Part shown: positions 41,604-52,134 of the stretch, piece by piece
Layout of the letters: every line of letters starts with the position of its first letter
How positions within the stretch are numbered: the first letter of the stretch is position 1
DNA from: a virus
Virus record (IMG/VR): IMGVR_UViG_3300036715_001290
Location: 1 to 64,000 of that record
DNA: 64,000 nt
Reading direction: 5' to 3' (one strand)
Position numbers and translations under genes: made by a program
Notes under the pieces: generated by a model
Database searches by the model: none
The model's input: the letters and a program-made list of their open reading frames with translations, nothing else
What the model was told of the DNA's origin: nothing

Positions 41604-42152
41604 TTGATGAATGATAATATAATACAACCAACTGGTGATGATTGGAGCAAATGGGGTACATATGTTATAAATCAATTAAAGGAAAATCAAGAGTCTGTAA
41701 AGGATGTATCTAGTAAAATAAATGCAATTCATACTGATTTAGTTGATAGATTATCCGATAGTATTTCTCTAACTGAAAAGGACGTTGCTTCATCAATTCG
41801 TAACTTGGAAGAAAAAGTTGCAAAAATGATTGGTGAAATTGACTTTAAAATTAATACATCATTACAAAACATTCAAAATAAAAATGATAGAATGGTTGAT
41901 GAATTAAAACTTGAAGTTAAATCATTAAAAACGTTTGAAATGAGAGAAATGAACTCAACCATTAATAAGTTAACTGAACGTGTTAGTGGAATAGAATTAA
42001 GTTTAACAAAAGATATTAATAGCATTGATAAAGATGTTAATGGTCAAAAGAATTTTACTTTAGGTAAATCCGCTATTTGGGGTGCCATAATTACAATATC
42101 ATTAACATTATTAATGTCAGCTATAAATTTATTTGTTAAATTTGCAAAATAA
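41604..42152 (+). CDS. Coiled-coil protein with C-terminal transmembrane helix
   Basis: Heptad-rich body; AIWGAIITISLTLLMSAINLFV tail. Confidence 0.6.
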   Translation: MMNDNIIQPTGDDWSKWGTYVINQLKENQESVKDVSSKINAIHTDLVDRLSDSISLTEKDVASSIRNLEEKVAKMIGEIDFKINTSLQNIQNKNDRMVDELKLEVKSLKTFEMREMNSTINKLTERVSGIELSLTKDINSIDKDVNGQKNFTLGKSAIWGAIITISLTLLMSAINLFVKFAK

Positions 42153-42187
42153 ATATATAGAATAAATAGAATAAATAATTATTCTAT

Positions 42188-42196
42188 ATATTTATA
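42188..42196 (+). promoter_or_regulatory. Putative late promoter for the scaffold-capsid operon
   Basis: ATATTTATA followed by a ~135-nt structured leader. Confidence 0.55.
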
Positions 42197-42333
42197 TAGA
42201 TACGAATCAAATCGAAAAATACATCATATATATGATGTCATACCAAAAATTAACTGCATTAAACTTCTAATAAGTTTAAAGATTAAATTCATTGTATTAA
42301 CATTATACAATTTTATTGAATTTAGGAGACCCT

Positions 42334-43440
42334 ATGAAAAACACGCTATTAAGAGATGCTATTGCTGATGCAAAGTTAGTGAAGAAACTAGCAATTGACC
42401 AAGCAAGAGAACGTCTTAACGAAGAATTAACTGGTAAAGTTAGAAAAATCGTATCTAAAAATTTGAATGAAGATGAAGATCTTGATTCTGAATTAAATAA
42501 AGATGATTTGGATGAAGCTTTTGAACCAGATGAAGATGACAATCTTGATGAAAATCTTAACGAAGATGACAATCTTGATGAAAATCTTAACGAAGGTGAC
42601 GAGCCTGACGAAGATAATCTTGATGAAGATTTAGATACAACAGATGATGACGAAGATGATCTTGATGATCTTGACGGAACATTTGATGATGAAAACGACA
42701 AGTTAGATGAAGGTACCGAACCTGATGCTGATGATGATATTACTGAAGGTGAAGATCATACTGAACCTGATGCTGATGATATTGATGAAGCATTGTTACC
42801 TGAAGATGAAGACTTTAGCGATCTTAACATCCCAGATGAAGATGAAACTAAAGATGATACTGATATTATGGCTGAACTTGATGCACTTGACCAAGACAAT
42901 GACGGAGACGTCGATGATGTAGATTCAACATTAGTTCCAGAATCTTCAGATGGTACTGGTGATGTAACGGCAGCTGCTGGTGATACTGAACCTGATGCAG
43001 ATGATCTTAAATCTAAATTAGAAGCTGTTGACAAACAACTTCAAGCAACGGTTAAAGAAAATATTAAATTGAAAAAAGCCCTTAAAATTCACGAGAATGC
43101 GGTAACGTATTTAAAGAAAGAATATGCTAAGGTTAACTTATTCAATAGCAAGCTTTATTACACAACCAAAGTATTAAAAGCTATTGGTCTTGATGAAGCA
43201 CAAAAACGTAATGTAATTGCAATGTATGATCGCGCTAATTCACTTCGTGAAGTTCGTTTGATACATGATACTGTTGTAAAGACATTAAACAAAATCAAAA
43301 CAAAAAATCTTTCAAAGATTGCTGAAAGCGCAGGCTCAAGTCGTTCAGTGAAAGTTGTTAATGGAAAGAAACGCGAAGTAATATTCGAAGATAAAAACCT
43401 TAACAGAATGAATCAATTAGCATTCAATGGTAAAAAATAA
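42334..43440 (+). CDS. Prohead core scaffold protein (gp22-like)
   Basis: Very acidic centre with many L-x-E sites, coiled-coil C-terminus, directly upstream of MCP; AGGAG RBS before ATG 42334. Confidence 0.85.
   Translation: MKNTLLRDAIADAKLVKKLAIDQARERLNEELTGKVRKIVSKNLNEDEDLDSELNKDDLDEAFEPDEDDNLDENLNEDDNLDENLNEGDEPDEDNLDEDLDTTDDDEDDLDDLDGTFDDENDKLDEGTEPDADDDITEGEDHTEPDADDIDEALLPEDEDFSDLNIPDEDETKDDTDIMAELDALDQDNDGDVDDVDSTLVPESSDGTGDVTAAAGDTEPDADDLKSKLEAVDKQLQATVKENIKLKKALKIHENAVTYLKKEYAKVNLFNSKLYYTTKVLKAIGLDEAQKRNVIAMYDRANSLREVRLIHDTVVKTLNKIKTKNLSKIAESAGSSRSVKVVNGKKREVIFEDKNLNRMNQLAFNGKK
42532..42595 (+). repeat. Perfect 30-bp tandem duplication (EDDNLDENLN x2)
   Basis: GAAGATGACAATCTTGATGAAAATCTTAAC repeated exactly twice. 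Confidence 0.9.
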
Positions 43441-43467
43441 TTAATTAAAATCACTTAGGAGTGAAAT

Positions 43468-45138
43468 ATGAAAAAAATAAAATATCAAAACTTGTTTGAA
43501 GGCCCAAGCTACGAAGAAAAGTTAGCTGTGTCTACTAAAGGACTTGTTGCGAAATGGCAAAAAACTGGACTTTTACGTGGTCTTAAGACTCAACGTGAAG
43601 TCTCTGCTATGAGCTTAGTTCTTGAAAATCAAGCAAAACAATTGGTTAAGGAATCTTCTTTAGTCAATGGCCCTGGTACTGAAGAGTGGAGTGGTATTGC
43701 ACTTCCATTAGTAAGACGTCTTATTGCTGATATCGCAGCACAAGAGTTCGTTTCAGTACAACCTATGGCTCAACCTAGCGGTCTTGTATTCTTCTTAGAC
43801 TTCAAGTACGGTAGCGGTGCTCAATTAGGCTTTACTCAAAACGCATCAATTTATGGTGGTGATAAAAATGCAGATGGTACTACAGGTTTATTCGGTCGTA
43901 CTAACTCAGCAACTGGTGGTCTTTACGGTGCTGGTCATTTTGCATATTCAATTAACAACTTCCAATCGGCTAGCTTAACAGCAACTGTAACAACTGGTAG
44001 TTGGATTGATGTTAACTTGTCAACTGCTTTAAGCGCATCAGCTGCTGTAAGTAACATTAAGAAATTAGCTGTTACCGCAGGTCCTGAAATTGACGTTTAT
44101 GCAGCACGTGCATTTAACCTTTCATCAGCAAACGCAACTAACGCGGCATTAGTATTCTATCACGACTATACAACTGTTAGTCAAAGTGGTGCTAATTATG
44201 TTGTAACATTTGTAGCCGACGCAACAGCAGCAACTGCTTTAGCAGCAGGTACAAACGCTTTAACACATGCATCTGCTTCAGCAGCATCAGCATGGACATT
44301 GGATTACGTAAAACAAACCACAGCTGATAACCGTGGTGATTTCGAAGATATTTCAGTTTCAGGTTCTTTTGTTGCTCTTGACATCCCTGAAGTTGACATT
44401 ATGATTAAATCTGAGACTGTAGTTGCTAAGACTCGTAAGATGAAGGCAGTATGGACTCAAGAAACCGTTCAAGATCTTCAAGCTTACCAAGCTGTTGATG
44501 CAGAAATGGAATTAACAAACATTCTTAATGAACACCTTGCTCAAGAAATTGACTTGGAAATCTTAGAAATGTTAATCCAAGCTGCTCCAACAATAGACTA
44601 TTGGTCAGCAAGAATCGGTTATGAGTACAATGCAGGTACAAAAACATTACAAAATAATGGTACCAATGCAATGGCTTATACACAACAAACATGGTTCCAA
44701 ACATTAGGTACAAAGATTACCAAGATGAGTAGCCGTATACATCAAAAAACATTACGTGGTGGTGCAAACTTCCTTGTATGTTCACCTGATGTTGCAACCA
44801 TCTTAGAATCTATCCCTGGTTATGCAACCGATGCAGCTGGTGATGAAAAAGAATTTGCTATGGGTATATCTCGTTCAAGTTCATTCAAATCACGCATCAA
44901 GATTTATAAGAACCCTTATTTCACAAATAACGTAATGTTACTTGGTTATAAAGGTACCAGTTTCTTCGAAAGTGGAGCTGCTTATTTACCTTACGTGCCT
45001 TTGATGAGCACACCTGTTATCTATGATCCTGTTACATTTACTCCACGTAAAGGTATCATGACAAGATATGCAAAGAAGGTTCTTCGTCCTGAGTTCTTCG
45101 GCTTAATTGGCGTAGAAGGTATCGACGTTGTATTCTAA
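43468..45138 (+). CDS. Major capsid protein (gp23-like)
   Basis: LENQ, PLVRR, VQPM..PSGLVF, AKTRKMKAVW, EID.EIL, YLPYVPL, FTPRKGIMTRY; highly biased codon usage. Confidence 0.97.
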   Translation: MKKIKYQNLFEGPSYEEKLAVSTKGLVAKWQKTGLLRGLKTQREVSAMSLVLENQAKQLVKESSLVNGPGTEEWSGIALPLVRRLIADIAAQEFVSVQPMAQPSGLVFFLDFKYGSGAQLGFTQNASIYGGDKNADGTTGLFGRTNSATGGLYGAGHFAYSINNFQSASLTATVTTGSWIDVNLSTALSASAAVSNIKKLAVTAGPEIDVYAARAFNLSSANATNAALVFYHDYTTVSQSGANYVVTFVADATAATALAAGTNALTHASASAASAWTLDYVKQTTADNRGDFEDISVSGSFVALDIPEVDIMIKSETVVAKTRKMKAVWTQETVQDLQAYQAVDAEMELTNILNEHLAQEIDLEILEMLIQAAPTIDYWSARIGYEYNAGTKTLQNNGTNAMAYTQQTWFQTLGTKITKMSSRIHQKTLRGGANFLVCSPDVATILESIPGYATDAAGDEKEFAMGISRSSSFKSRIKIYKNPYFTNNVMLLGYKGTSFFESGAAYLPYVPLMSTPVIYDPVTFTPRKGIMTRYAKKVLRPEFFGLIGVEGIDVVF

Positions 45139-45159
45139 AATTTGTTGAAAGATAAATTT

Positions 45160-45192
45160 AATGGCTCAGATTAATCGTCTGGGCCATTTTTA
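45160..45192 (+). terminator. Rho-independent terminator after MCP
   Basis: AATGGCTCAGA/TCTGGGCCATT stem plus T-tract. Confidence 0.85.
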
Positions 45193-45225
45193 TTTCAACT
45201 AACTTGTAATAAATCCACATATGAT

Positions 45226-45234
45226 ATATTTATA
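45226..45234 (+). promoter_or_regulatory. Putative late promoter ATATTTATA
   Basis: 17 nt before ATG 45252. Confidence 0.6.
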
Positions 45235-45251
45235 ATAAAAAAGGATTACAT

Positions 45252-45524
45252 ATGACAACTGCCGATTTACTTAAAGAGAATTTTGTTCATAATGATTGGC
45301 CTAGTGCTGTTTATGAAATGATTACTCCTTCAGATTCAACCGTATTTATTGCACCAACTCGAGAAGTTTTTGTTGGTACTGCTGGACAATTAGTAGTACG
45401 TCGACTTGATGGTGTTATAGTAACAATCCCATCATCTATTATTACAGATGGTACAAGTTTACCTATTAGATGTGATATGATTATGGCCGCAACAACTGCA
45501 CAAAATATTTTGGTATTATATTAA
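45252..45524 (+). CDS. Head spike base protein (RcGTA Rcc01079-like)
   Basis: ITPSD...TREVFVGTAGQLVV...G..LPIR......TTAQNILVLY pattern; 90 aa; follows MCP. Confidence 0.75.
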   Translation: MTTADLLKENFVHNDWPSAVYEMITPSDSTVFIAPTREVFVGTAGQLVVRRLDGVIVTIPSSIITDGTSLPIRCDMIMAATTAQNILVLY

Positions 45525-45675
45525 TATGAGATTACGTTTAAGATGTTGACTTCGTGTTAATATGAATAAAATTAAATATAGATTTTTTAGACCTATATTA
45601 AGATTATTACATGATGCAACAAATATGATAAAAATATAATGGTTATAATATAAAAAATTAAATTAGGAATTAAAA

Positions 45676-47106
45676 ATGCCATATAGTATATACTCTAAAT
45701 ACATTGTTAACGGTGAAGGACAACCAGTAACAGGTTCTACAATTAAATTAGTCCCACAGGCTTTAACATATCCAACAGGTGCTATATCATTGGTTGATGA
45801 TCATTTGGTACACCCAGGTCACTATTATACAACCTCGGCTCCAGATGGTGAATATCAATTATGGATTAATGATGTATTATATGAAGAACATATATGGCAT
45901 GGTGAAAATAGAATAACACAAATATCAAATAAATTCAGTCCTGATTTAACATCATTTGTAGGTGGTATTAATAATATTGCTAATGGTCCATCATCATTTG
46001 CATTTGGTGGTGATGCAACTAGTGGCGGTATTAATGAAGCTAGCGGTTTATGTTCAACAACGTTTGGTGATAGTAATTTAGCAAGTGGTCAATTTTCATT
46101 TGCATTAGGAGTTAGTAATATATCTAGTGGTATTGCTAGTTTTGCATTAGGATTAGGTTCTATATCAAGTGGTAATTATTCATTTGCATTTGGCCCAGGC
46201 ACAATATCAAGCGGTTCATCGTCTATAGCAATTGGTAATTCCTCCGAGTCTCATGGTGATTTTTCTGTAGCTATAGGTCAAGGAAATTATGCAATAGGTG
46301 CATATAGTTTTTCGGCAGGTACATCTACATTTGCATCTGGAAGCGCTTCAACTGCATTTGGTAATAGTTCATATGCAACGGGTGATACTAGTTTTGTTTG
46401 TGGTGATTCAACAAATGCAAAAGGACATTGTTCATTTGCTGGAGGTAGTTCATCAAATACAAATGCTGATAATTGTTTTTCGTTTGGTGATAGTAATAAT
46501 GCAAATGGAATTAGTAGTGTAACAATGGGTACAAATAATAGCACTTATGGTATTAGTTCAGTTGCATTAAATAGTGGTAATAATGCAATAGGGGATATGT
46601 CAGTTGCTTTAGGTAACGGTACATCTGCTAATGGTGTATGTTCTATATCAAAAGGTGACAACTCAAGTACAATAATGTTTGGACAAGAAACTACATCAGA
46701 TGGTTCAAATGTAGGTCAATCAAGTACAGTCGATGTATCAGGTGAAATAGGTGGAAGTTTAATAAACAATACATATAAACTTCAATTAAATAGAACGGTT
46801 AATCAAACATTAACACCAACCGATATTCCATTACAAGGTGGAAAAACATATTTATTCGAAGCTCTTATAAGTACATTTTCAATAGACCCAGGCACTCAAT
46901 ATGCATATAAATTAACATGGGCTTGTACAAGTAGCACAATATTAGGAAGTGTAATTACTACACCTATTTATGCACCAGATAATAATCATATACCTGTTAT
47001 AAGTTTAGCTGGTAATAAACTTATTATAACATGCCCTAAAAAGACTACTGATATTGAAGGTTTGAAGTCATATGCACATTTAACTTTCACGGAATTAACA
47101 CATTAA
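45676..47106 (+). CDS. Fibre protein with YadA-head-like 14-aa repeats
   Basis: ASGxxSxAxG repeats; N-terminal ~80-aa domain shared with 47155. Confidence 0.8.
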   Translation: MPYSIYSKYIVNGEGQPVTGSTIKLVPQALTYPTGAISLVDDHLVHPGHYYTTSAPDGEYQLWINDVLYEEHIWHGENRITQISNKFSPDLTSFVGGINNIANGPSSFAFGGDATSGGINEASGLCSTTFGDSNLASGQFSFALGVSNISSGIASFALGLGSISSGNYSFAFGPGTISSGSSSIAIGNSSESHGDFSVAIGQGNYAIGAYSFSAGTSTFASGSASTAFGNSSYATGDTSFVCGDSTNAKGHCSFAGGSSSNTNADNCFSFGDSNNANGISSVTMGTNNSTYGISSVALNSGNNAIGDMSVALGNGTSANGVCSISKGDNSSTIMFGQETTSDGSNVGQSSTVDVSGEIGGSLINNTYKLQLNRTVNQTLTPTDIPLQGGKTYLFEALISTFSIDPGTQYAYKLTWACTSSTILGSVITTPIYAPDNNHIPVISLAGNKLIITCPKKTTDIEGLKSYAHLTFTELTH

Positions 47107-47154
47107 TAAATTATCTTATAATTATTTATAAAAGCAAACAAGGATTAAAAATAA

Positions 47155-50100
47155 ATGTCTGATAGCATATTTTCAAAGTATTTTCTAAACAGTGCAGGTG
47201 AACCTGTGCCTAATTTAACAGTCAAACTAGTTCCACAAGCAAACGTAGGATTTGTAGGATCTATAACGTTAATAGAAGATCAATCGCGCCCAGGTTATTA
47301 TTACACAACATCTGCACCAACAGGTGAATATAGATTATATGTTAATAATGTACAATATGAACAACATATATGGCATGGTGATGATAAATTAACAAAAGTT
47401 GCAAGTTATTTTGATACTGATAATAATGCTATAATAATAAACAATGTTAATTTACTAAATTATAGTAGTTCAGGTTATACTAATGTTGTTAGTAAAAATG
47501 GATTTTTATATAATACATCAACCGAAAAGTATTTAGTACCTCCTACAAACATACCATTAACATATTTATCAGCTTCACAAGCAATATCAAGTGGTAGTTT
47601 GCAAACTGATTTAACATATTTTATTACTGATAGAAATGTATATTTGACCGCAAATTCAACATCATCATTTTCTGATTTTGGTTATTATTTATATCAACAT
47701 GGTCAAAAATCATGGGCTGCTCAAAAATTAACAGGTTCTAAATTTGATAATTGTACTGTTTATCAAAGTGGAAGTAATGCTAATGTAAATTCTGTTTATG
47801 TTGGTACCGCTAGCTTATTTAGTGGTAGCGTAGCATCGGTATTTTCTACACCATATTATATAAATAATAAACGATGGATAGAATATTTCCATGATGATTA
47901 TAAAATAAATTATGTTCCTGATAATAGTACTATAGCAACTATAGAAGCTATAGCTAATAATATTAATAAACATCAATCAAATTTTACTTCATATGCAGTT
48001 AATGATCATATTGTTTTACAATCATCAACTGAAGGAACATTACATAATGGTTCTTTAACACATGTCACAAAAACATCCGCATCATTATGTACAAATCCAA
48101 CATTTACATCATCGGCGACAACAATTACTCGTATGAATCATGGTACAAGTGTACCTAATTTTGGTAGATTATTTGAATGTAAATATAATTTTACATTAGA
48201 TAATTTGTATTCATTATATGATCCATTATATGATAATATGGTTGAACAAGATTTTAATTTTCAAAATACACCATCAAATATTCCTATAAGATATAAATCA
48301 TATACACATTCAGAAGCGAAATATACTTTTGAAGGTGATGTTAGAAATTATTTTAGAGTAAATGAAATAACTCGTGCGCATAACTTCAAACCTGATATAT
48401 ATAGAAAAGTTGTTATCAGCAATATTGTTTATTTTAATGGTGAAACATTAATAACAGTTAATGAAGATGCAACGCTAGCATTAGGTGGTACCGATGATGT
48501 AACTAATGGTGGTGAACTTTTAACATTAAATCCTAATGGAAATACTATATTAAATTTTAACTGGGATAATACTAATGTTACAAATAATAAAATTGTAAAC
48601 GCCGTTGTTAAAACAAATTTTATTGATAGTCAAAGTTACATTAAAAATAATAATATTTTTGGTGGAATATTTGGAAATAATATATTATTCTCAAAATCAA
48701 ACATTGAGAAATTAAATACTATTGATGCAAATATACAAAATAATATATTTCAAGTTGGTTCAGGTTTATATAATCTTACTATAAGTGGTGGAAATAAACG
48801 TTCACATAATTATGTAAATTCAATAATATCAAATAATAATTTTATTTCATATAGTAAGTTGTCAAATTTATCATTAACAAATGGTGAATGGATAATTTAT
48901 AATACCTTTTATAATACATCATATACAAATTCAAACTTAAATGGTAATACAAACATATTAAATAATGTTTTTGTATATACTAAACTTGATAAATTTGATA
49001 TGTCAGATCGTTCTACGATTGTTAATAATGATATTAATCATTGTATATTTTATAATACATCATTATCATATGATTCATTTATAAGTACCAATTTATTTAA
49101 TAAAACAACATTTCTAAATAATAAAACCTCACATTGTTTTATTATAGATAATATAATACATTATTTATTATGGAAAAATGATAATTCCGATGATATTAAA
49201 TGGAGAGATCTTCAAACATATGGTGCAGGTTTAGGTTTATATGAAGGTGGATGTGGTCAATTATTATCTACATTTCAAAAGAAAAGTCAAGGATTAACTA
49301 TAGGAACATCTATACAATTTAATAGTAGGTTGAATCCTATAGTTGGTAGCATATCATTTGATTATAAAATGAATGATGTATACATGTATGATACATCAAT
49401 ATATGCATGTGGTAATACAGGTTCCATTATATTAACAGAAAATACAGGTACATCTTGGACTACACAATCTGGAATTTCAACGGCTAATTTTAATAGTTTA
49501 GCAGTATTAGGTGGTGATAGTAAAATTTATGTTGTTGGTGATAGTAACACAATAATGACATCAACCGATCATACTAATTGGAATAATGTTGGTATACCAG
49601 ATGTTAACAGTTACCCAAGTAAATTAAATAAAATAAAATTTATAAATAAAGGTACTGGTTTTATAGTAGGTGATGGTGTTATATATAAAACAATAAATAC
49701 AGGTTCTACTTGGATTGCAAAATCATGGCCATATCAAATAGTTAACTATAACCCAAGACCACCATTTAAAGAATTAAAAAGTGTATATTTCTTAAATGAT
49801 AATGTTGGTTGGGCATGTGGTGTTGAAGGTATAATAGTTAAAACAATTGATGGTGGTGAAACATGGACGTCTCAAACATCAGGTACTACAAAAACAATAA
49901 ATGATATAGTTTTTTATGATAGTTCACATGGTGTTGCCATTTGTAATGATGGTATGGTATTAACGACATCATATGGTGGAAATAATTGGTCTTCACAAAC
50001 ACTAACACCAGTTAGTAATTTAACAAGTCTTAGTCGCAATGTTGATGGATTTTATATCATTACTGGTGATAATGGAAATGTATATGTTTCTGAAGATGGA

Positions 50101-50547
50101 ATATCGTGGACATCATATATTGCTTCTATTTTTTCATTATATGGAGTGTATACATCAATAACAGATGCTTCGGTAGCTGTAGCAGTTGGTGATCATGGTA
50201 CTGTATTAATAAACACTGATGGTGGTGTTAATTGGTCTAGTTTATTTAGTAAACCAAATGAAATAATAATTGCACAAATAAGAAATAAATGTGCAATTGA
50301 TACTGTTATAATTGCTAAAGATTCTGATATACCTGAAAACTTAACGGGATATCCAACAATATCAATAGGTACATCAGATGATGATCAATTATATTTACAA
50401 ACTCAATTATATTCAAATCTATCGGATACTATAATAAACATACCATGGGTATTTAATGATGATTGTAAAACAATTAAAATAAAAATAGATGGTGGTACTA
50501 TTAACAGTGGTGGATTGTTAGTAACATTAAAAGGTATATACAAATAA
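47155..50547 (+). CDS. Large fibre/spike protein with beta-helix and BNR/Ycf48-like propeller
   Basis: Shared N-domain; Asn-ladder region; Asp-box repeats KTIDGGETW, VSEDGISW, NTDGGVNW. Confidence 0.75.
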   Translation: MSDSIFSKYFLNSAGEPVPNLTVKLVPQANVGFVGSITLIEDQSRPGYYYTTSAPTGEYRLYVNNVQYEQHIWHGDDKLTKVASYFDTDNNAIIINNVNLLNYSSSGYTNVVSKNGFLYNTSTEKYLVPPTNIPLTYLSASQAISSGSLQTDLTYFITDRNVYLTANSTSSFSDFGYYLYQHGQKSWAAQKLTGSKFDNCTVYQSGSNANVNSVYVGTASLFSGSVASVFSTPYYINNKRWIEYFHDDYKINYVPDNSTIATIEAIANNINKHQSNFTSYAVNDHIVLQSSTEGTLHNGSLTHVTKTSASLCTNPTFTSSATTITRMNHGTSVPNFGRLFECKYNFTLDNLYSLYDPLYDNMVEQDFNFQNTPSNIPIRYKSYTHSEAKYTFEGDVRNYFRVNEITRAHNFKPDIYRKVVISNIVYFNGETLITVNEDATLALGGTDDVTNGGELLTLNPNGNTILNFNWDNTNVTNNKIVNAVVKTNFIDSQSYIKNNNIFGGIFGNNILFSKSNIEKLNTIDANIQNNIFQVGSGLYNLTISGGNKRSHNYVNSIISNNNFISYSKLSNLSLTNGEWIIYNTFYNTSYTNSNLNGNTNILNNVFVYTKLDKFDMSDRSTIVNNDINHCIFYNTSLSYDSFISTNLFNKTTFLNNKTSHCFIIDNIIHYLLWKNDNSDDIKWRDLQTYGAGLGLYEGGCGQLLSTFQKKSQGLTIGTSIQFNSRLNPIVGSISFDYKMNDVYMYDTSIYACGNTGSIILTENTGTSWTTQSGISTANFNSLAVLGGDSKIYVVGDSNTIMTSTDHTNWNNVGIPDVNSYPSKLNKIKFINKGTGFIVGDGVIYKTINTGSTWIAKSWPYQIVNYNPRPPFKELKSVYFLNDNVGWACGVEGIIVKTIDGGETWTSQTSGTTKTINDIVFYDSSHGVAICNDGMVLTTSYGGNNWSSQTLTPVSNLTSLSRNVDGFYIITGDNGNVYVSEDGISWTSYIASIFSLYGVYTSITDASVAVAVGDHGTVLINTDGGVNWSSLFSKPNEIIIAQIRNKCAIDTVIIAKDSDIPENLTGYPTISIGTSDDDQLYLQTQLYSNLSDTIINIPWVFNDDCKTIKIKIDGGTINSGGLLVTLKGIYK

Positions 50548-50555
50548 GGATTATA

Positions 50556-52103
50556 ATGAATAAATATTTTACTAAACAATATAAAAATACATTAGGTGAA
50601 CTGGTATTAGAAATAGCTAATATATCATCACTAAGAATAACATCGGGTGTTGATGCAATTGCAACTGGAACTGGTTCTGCTGCATTTGGATTATCCGTTT
50701 TATCATCAGGTACAGGAAGTTTTACATCAGGTCGTTTTAATACTGCTTCTGGTGATTTTTCATTTTCATCCGGTGAAGGTAATTTTGCATCTGGATTATA
50801 TTCAGTTGCTATGGGTAAAAATTCTAGAGCATCAGGTTCAAATTCAATTGCAATTGGTATAAATGCAACATCAAGTGGAGTATTTGGTGTCGCTATAGGT
50901 TCTAATGTAATAGCAGGTTCTTCAGCATTTGTTATGGGTATACAATCAATAGCAAGTGGTTATTATAGTATGGTTTATGGTATTAATTGTACATCAACAG
51001 GCACAGCTGCATTATCAATGGGTTCTGTATGTACGGCAAGTGGAAATAATAGTACATCTATAGGTATGTATAATGTTGCATCCGCTGATTATGCTCAGGC
51101 TTTTGGTAAGTATACTTTAGCAAGTGGTACTAATTCAACAACATTTGGTTATTTAACAACCGCAAGTGGCCAATATTCATTAGCTGCAGGTTTAAGTAGT
51201 ATAGCTTCAGGTTTAGGTTCAATTTCTATTGGTAATGGAAATATATCATCTGGAAATTATTCATTTGCAATAGGTACGGCTTGTGTTGCAACTGGTGGTA
51301 CGAGCGTTGCTATGGGTGTTAGTGCTATAGCATCTGGACTCAATTCCGTTGCTATTGGAAAAGAAGCAATTGCTAGTTCAACATCAGCAATTGCTTTAGG
51401 ATATTCAACAACCGCTAGCGCACAGGCCGCATTTGCTGTTGGTCAAGTTTGTGTTGCAAGTGGAATATATTCAATATCAATGGGATATGGTAATATTGCT
51501 AGTGGAAATTATGCTTTTGCAGCCGGTCAAAATAATACTGCTAGTGGGGCATATTCATATACATTTGGATTATATAATACGGCAAGTGGACAAAGTTCAA
51601 CGGCAATTGGTACATATTTAACAGCAAGTTCATATAATACATTTGTTATTGGTTATAATAACGTTGGTGGTGGAAATAATACAGTTTGGGTTGGTACTGA
51701 TTCATTATTTGAAATTGGTAATGGTTATGGTGGTCAAAAATCTAATGCAATGACTGTACTTAAAAATGGTAATGTTGGTATTGGTACAACTGCATCACAT
51801 TCAACTTTACATTTAAGTGGTTCCAAAGCAGAATCAATTGCTACATTAACTGGTACCGCAACAATAACCGCATTACATAGTAATATTATTGCTAGTTCAG
51901 GTGGAGGCCGTGTTGATTTAACATTACCAACAGCTGTTGGAATTGATGGTAGAATTTATAATGTAAAACGTGTTGGTGCAAATAACGTATATGTTTCAGC
52001 ATCCGCAGGACAAACTATTGATGGTACATCTGTACAAACATTATCAAGTGATTATACTAGAATTAAACTTATAGCAAGTGGTTCAAACTGGTATTTATTT
52101 TAA
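50556..52103 (+). CDS. Fibre protein with YadA-head-like repeats and C-terminal tip domain
   Basis: Over 20 ASGxxSxAxG repeats; DSLFEIGNG..SNAMTVLKNGNVGIGT; C-domain shared with 27072..29516. Confidence 0.8.
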   Translation: MNKYFTKQYKNTLGELVLEIANISSLRITSGVDAIATGTGSAAFGLSVLSSGTGSFTSGRFNTASGDFSFSSGEGNFASGLYSVAMGKNSRASGSNSIAIGINATSSGVFGVAIGSNVIAGSSAFVMGIQSIASGYYSMVYGINCTSTGTAALSMGSVCTASGNNSTSIGMYNVASADYAQAFGKYTLASGTNSTTFGYLTTASGQYSLAAGLSSIASGLGSISIGNGNISSGNYSFAIGTACVATGGTSVAMGVSAIASGLNSVAIGKEAIASSTSAIALGYSTTASAQAAFAVGQVCVASGIYSISMGYGNIASGNYAFAAGQNNTASGAYSYTFGLYNTASGQSSTAIGTYLTASSYNTFVIGYNNVGGGNNTVWVGTDSLFEIGNGYGGQKSNAMTVLKNGNVGIGTTASHSTLHLSGSKAESIATLTGTATITALHSNIIASSGGGRVDLTLPTAVGIDGRIYNVKRVGANNVYVSASAGQTIDGTSVQTLSSDYTRIKLIASGSNWYLF

Positions 52104-52134
52104 TTAGTTAATATTTATTAAAAAGAGGTAAACG

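Noticed and set aside
42303-43034. Ser-rich minus-strand ORFs (42303..42701, 42756..43034) and the other minus-strand ORFs in the track
   Set aside because: Antisense shadows of + strand genes with biased codons; no RBS and no recognisable motifs
34166-45138. Introns, inteins or homing endonucleases in terminase, portal or capsid genes
   Set aside because: Genes are continuous and of normal length; no intein or HNH/GIY-YIG motifs seen
45676-52103. Diversity-generating retroelement acting on the fibres
   Set aside because: No reverse transcriptase in the window, and no near-identical TR/VR pair differing at adenines seen
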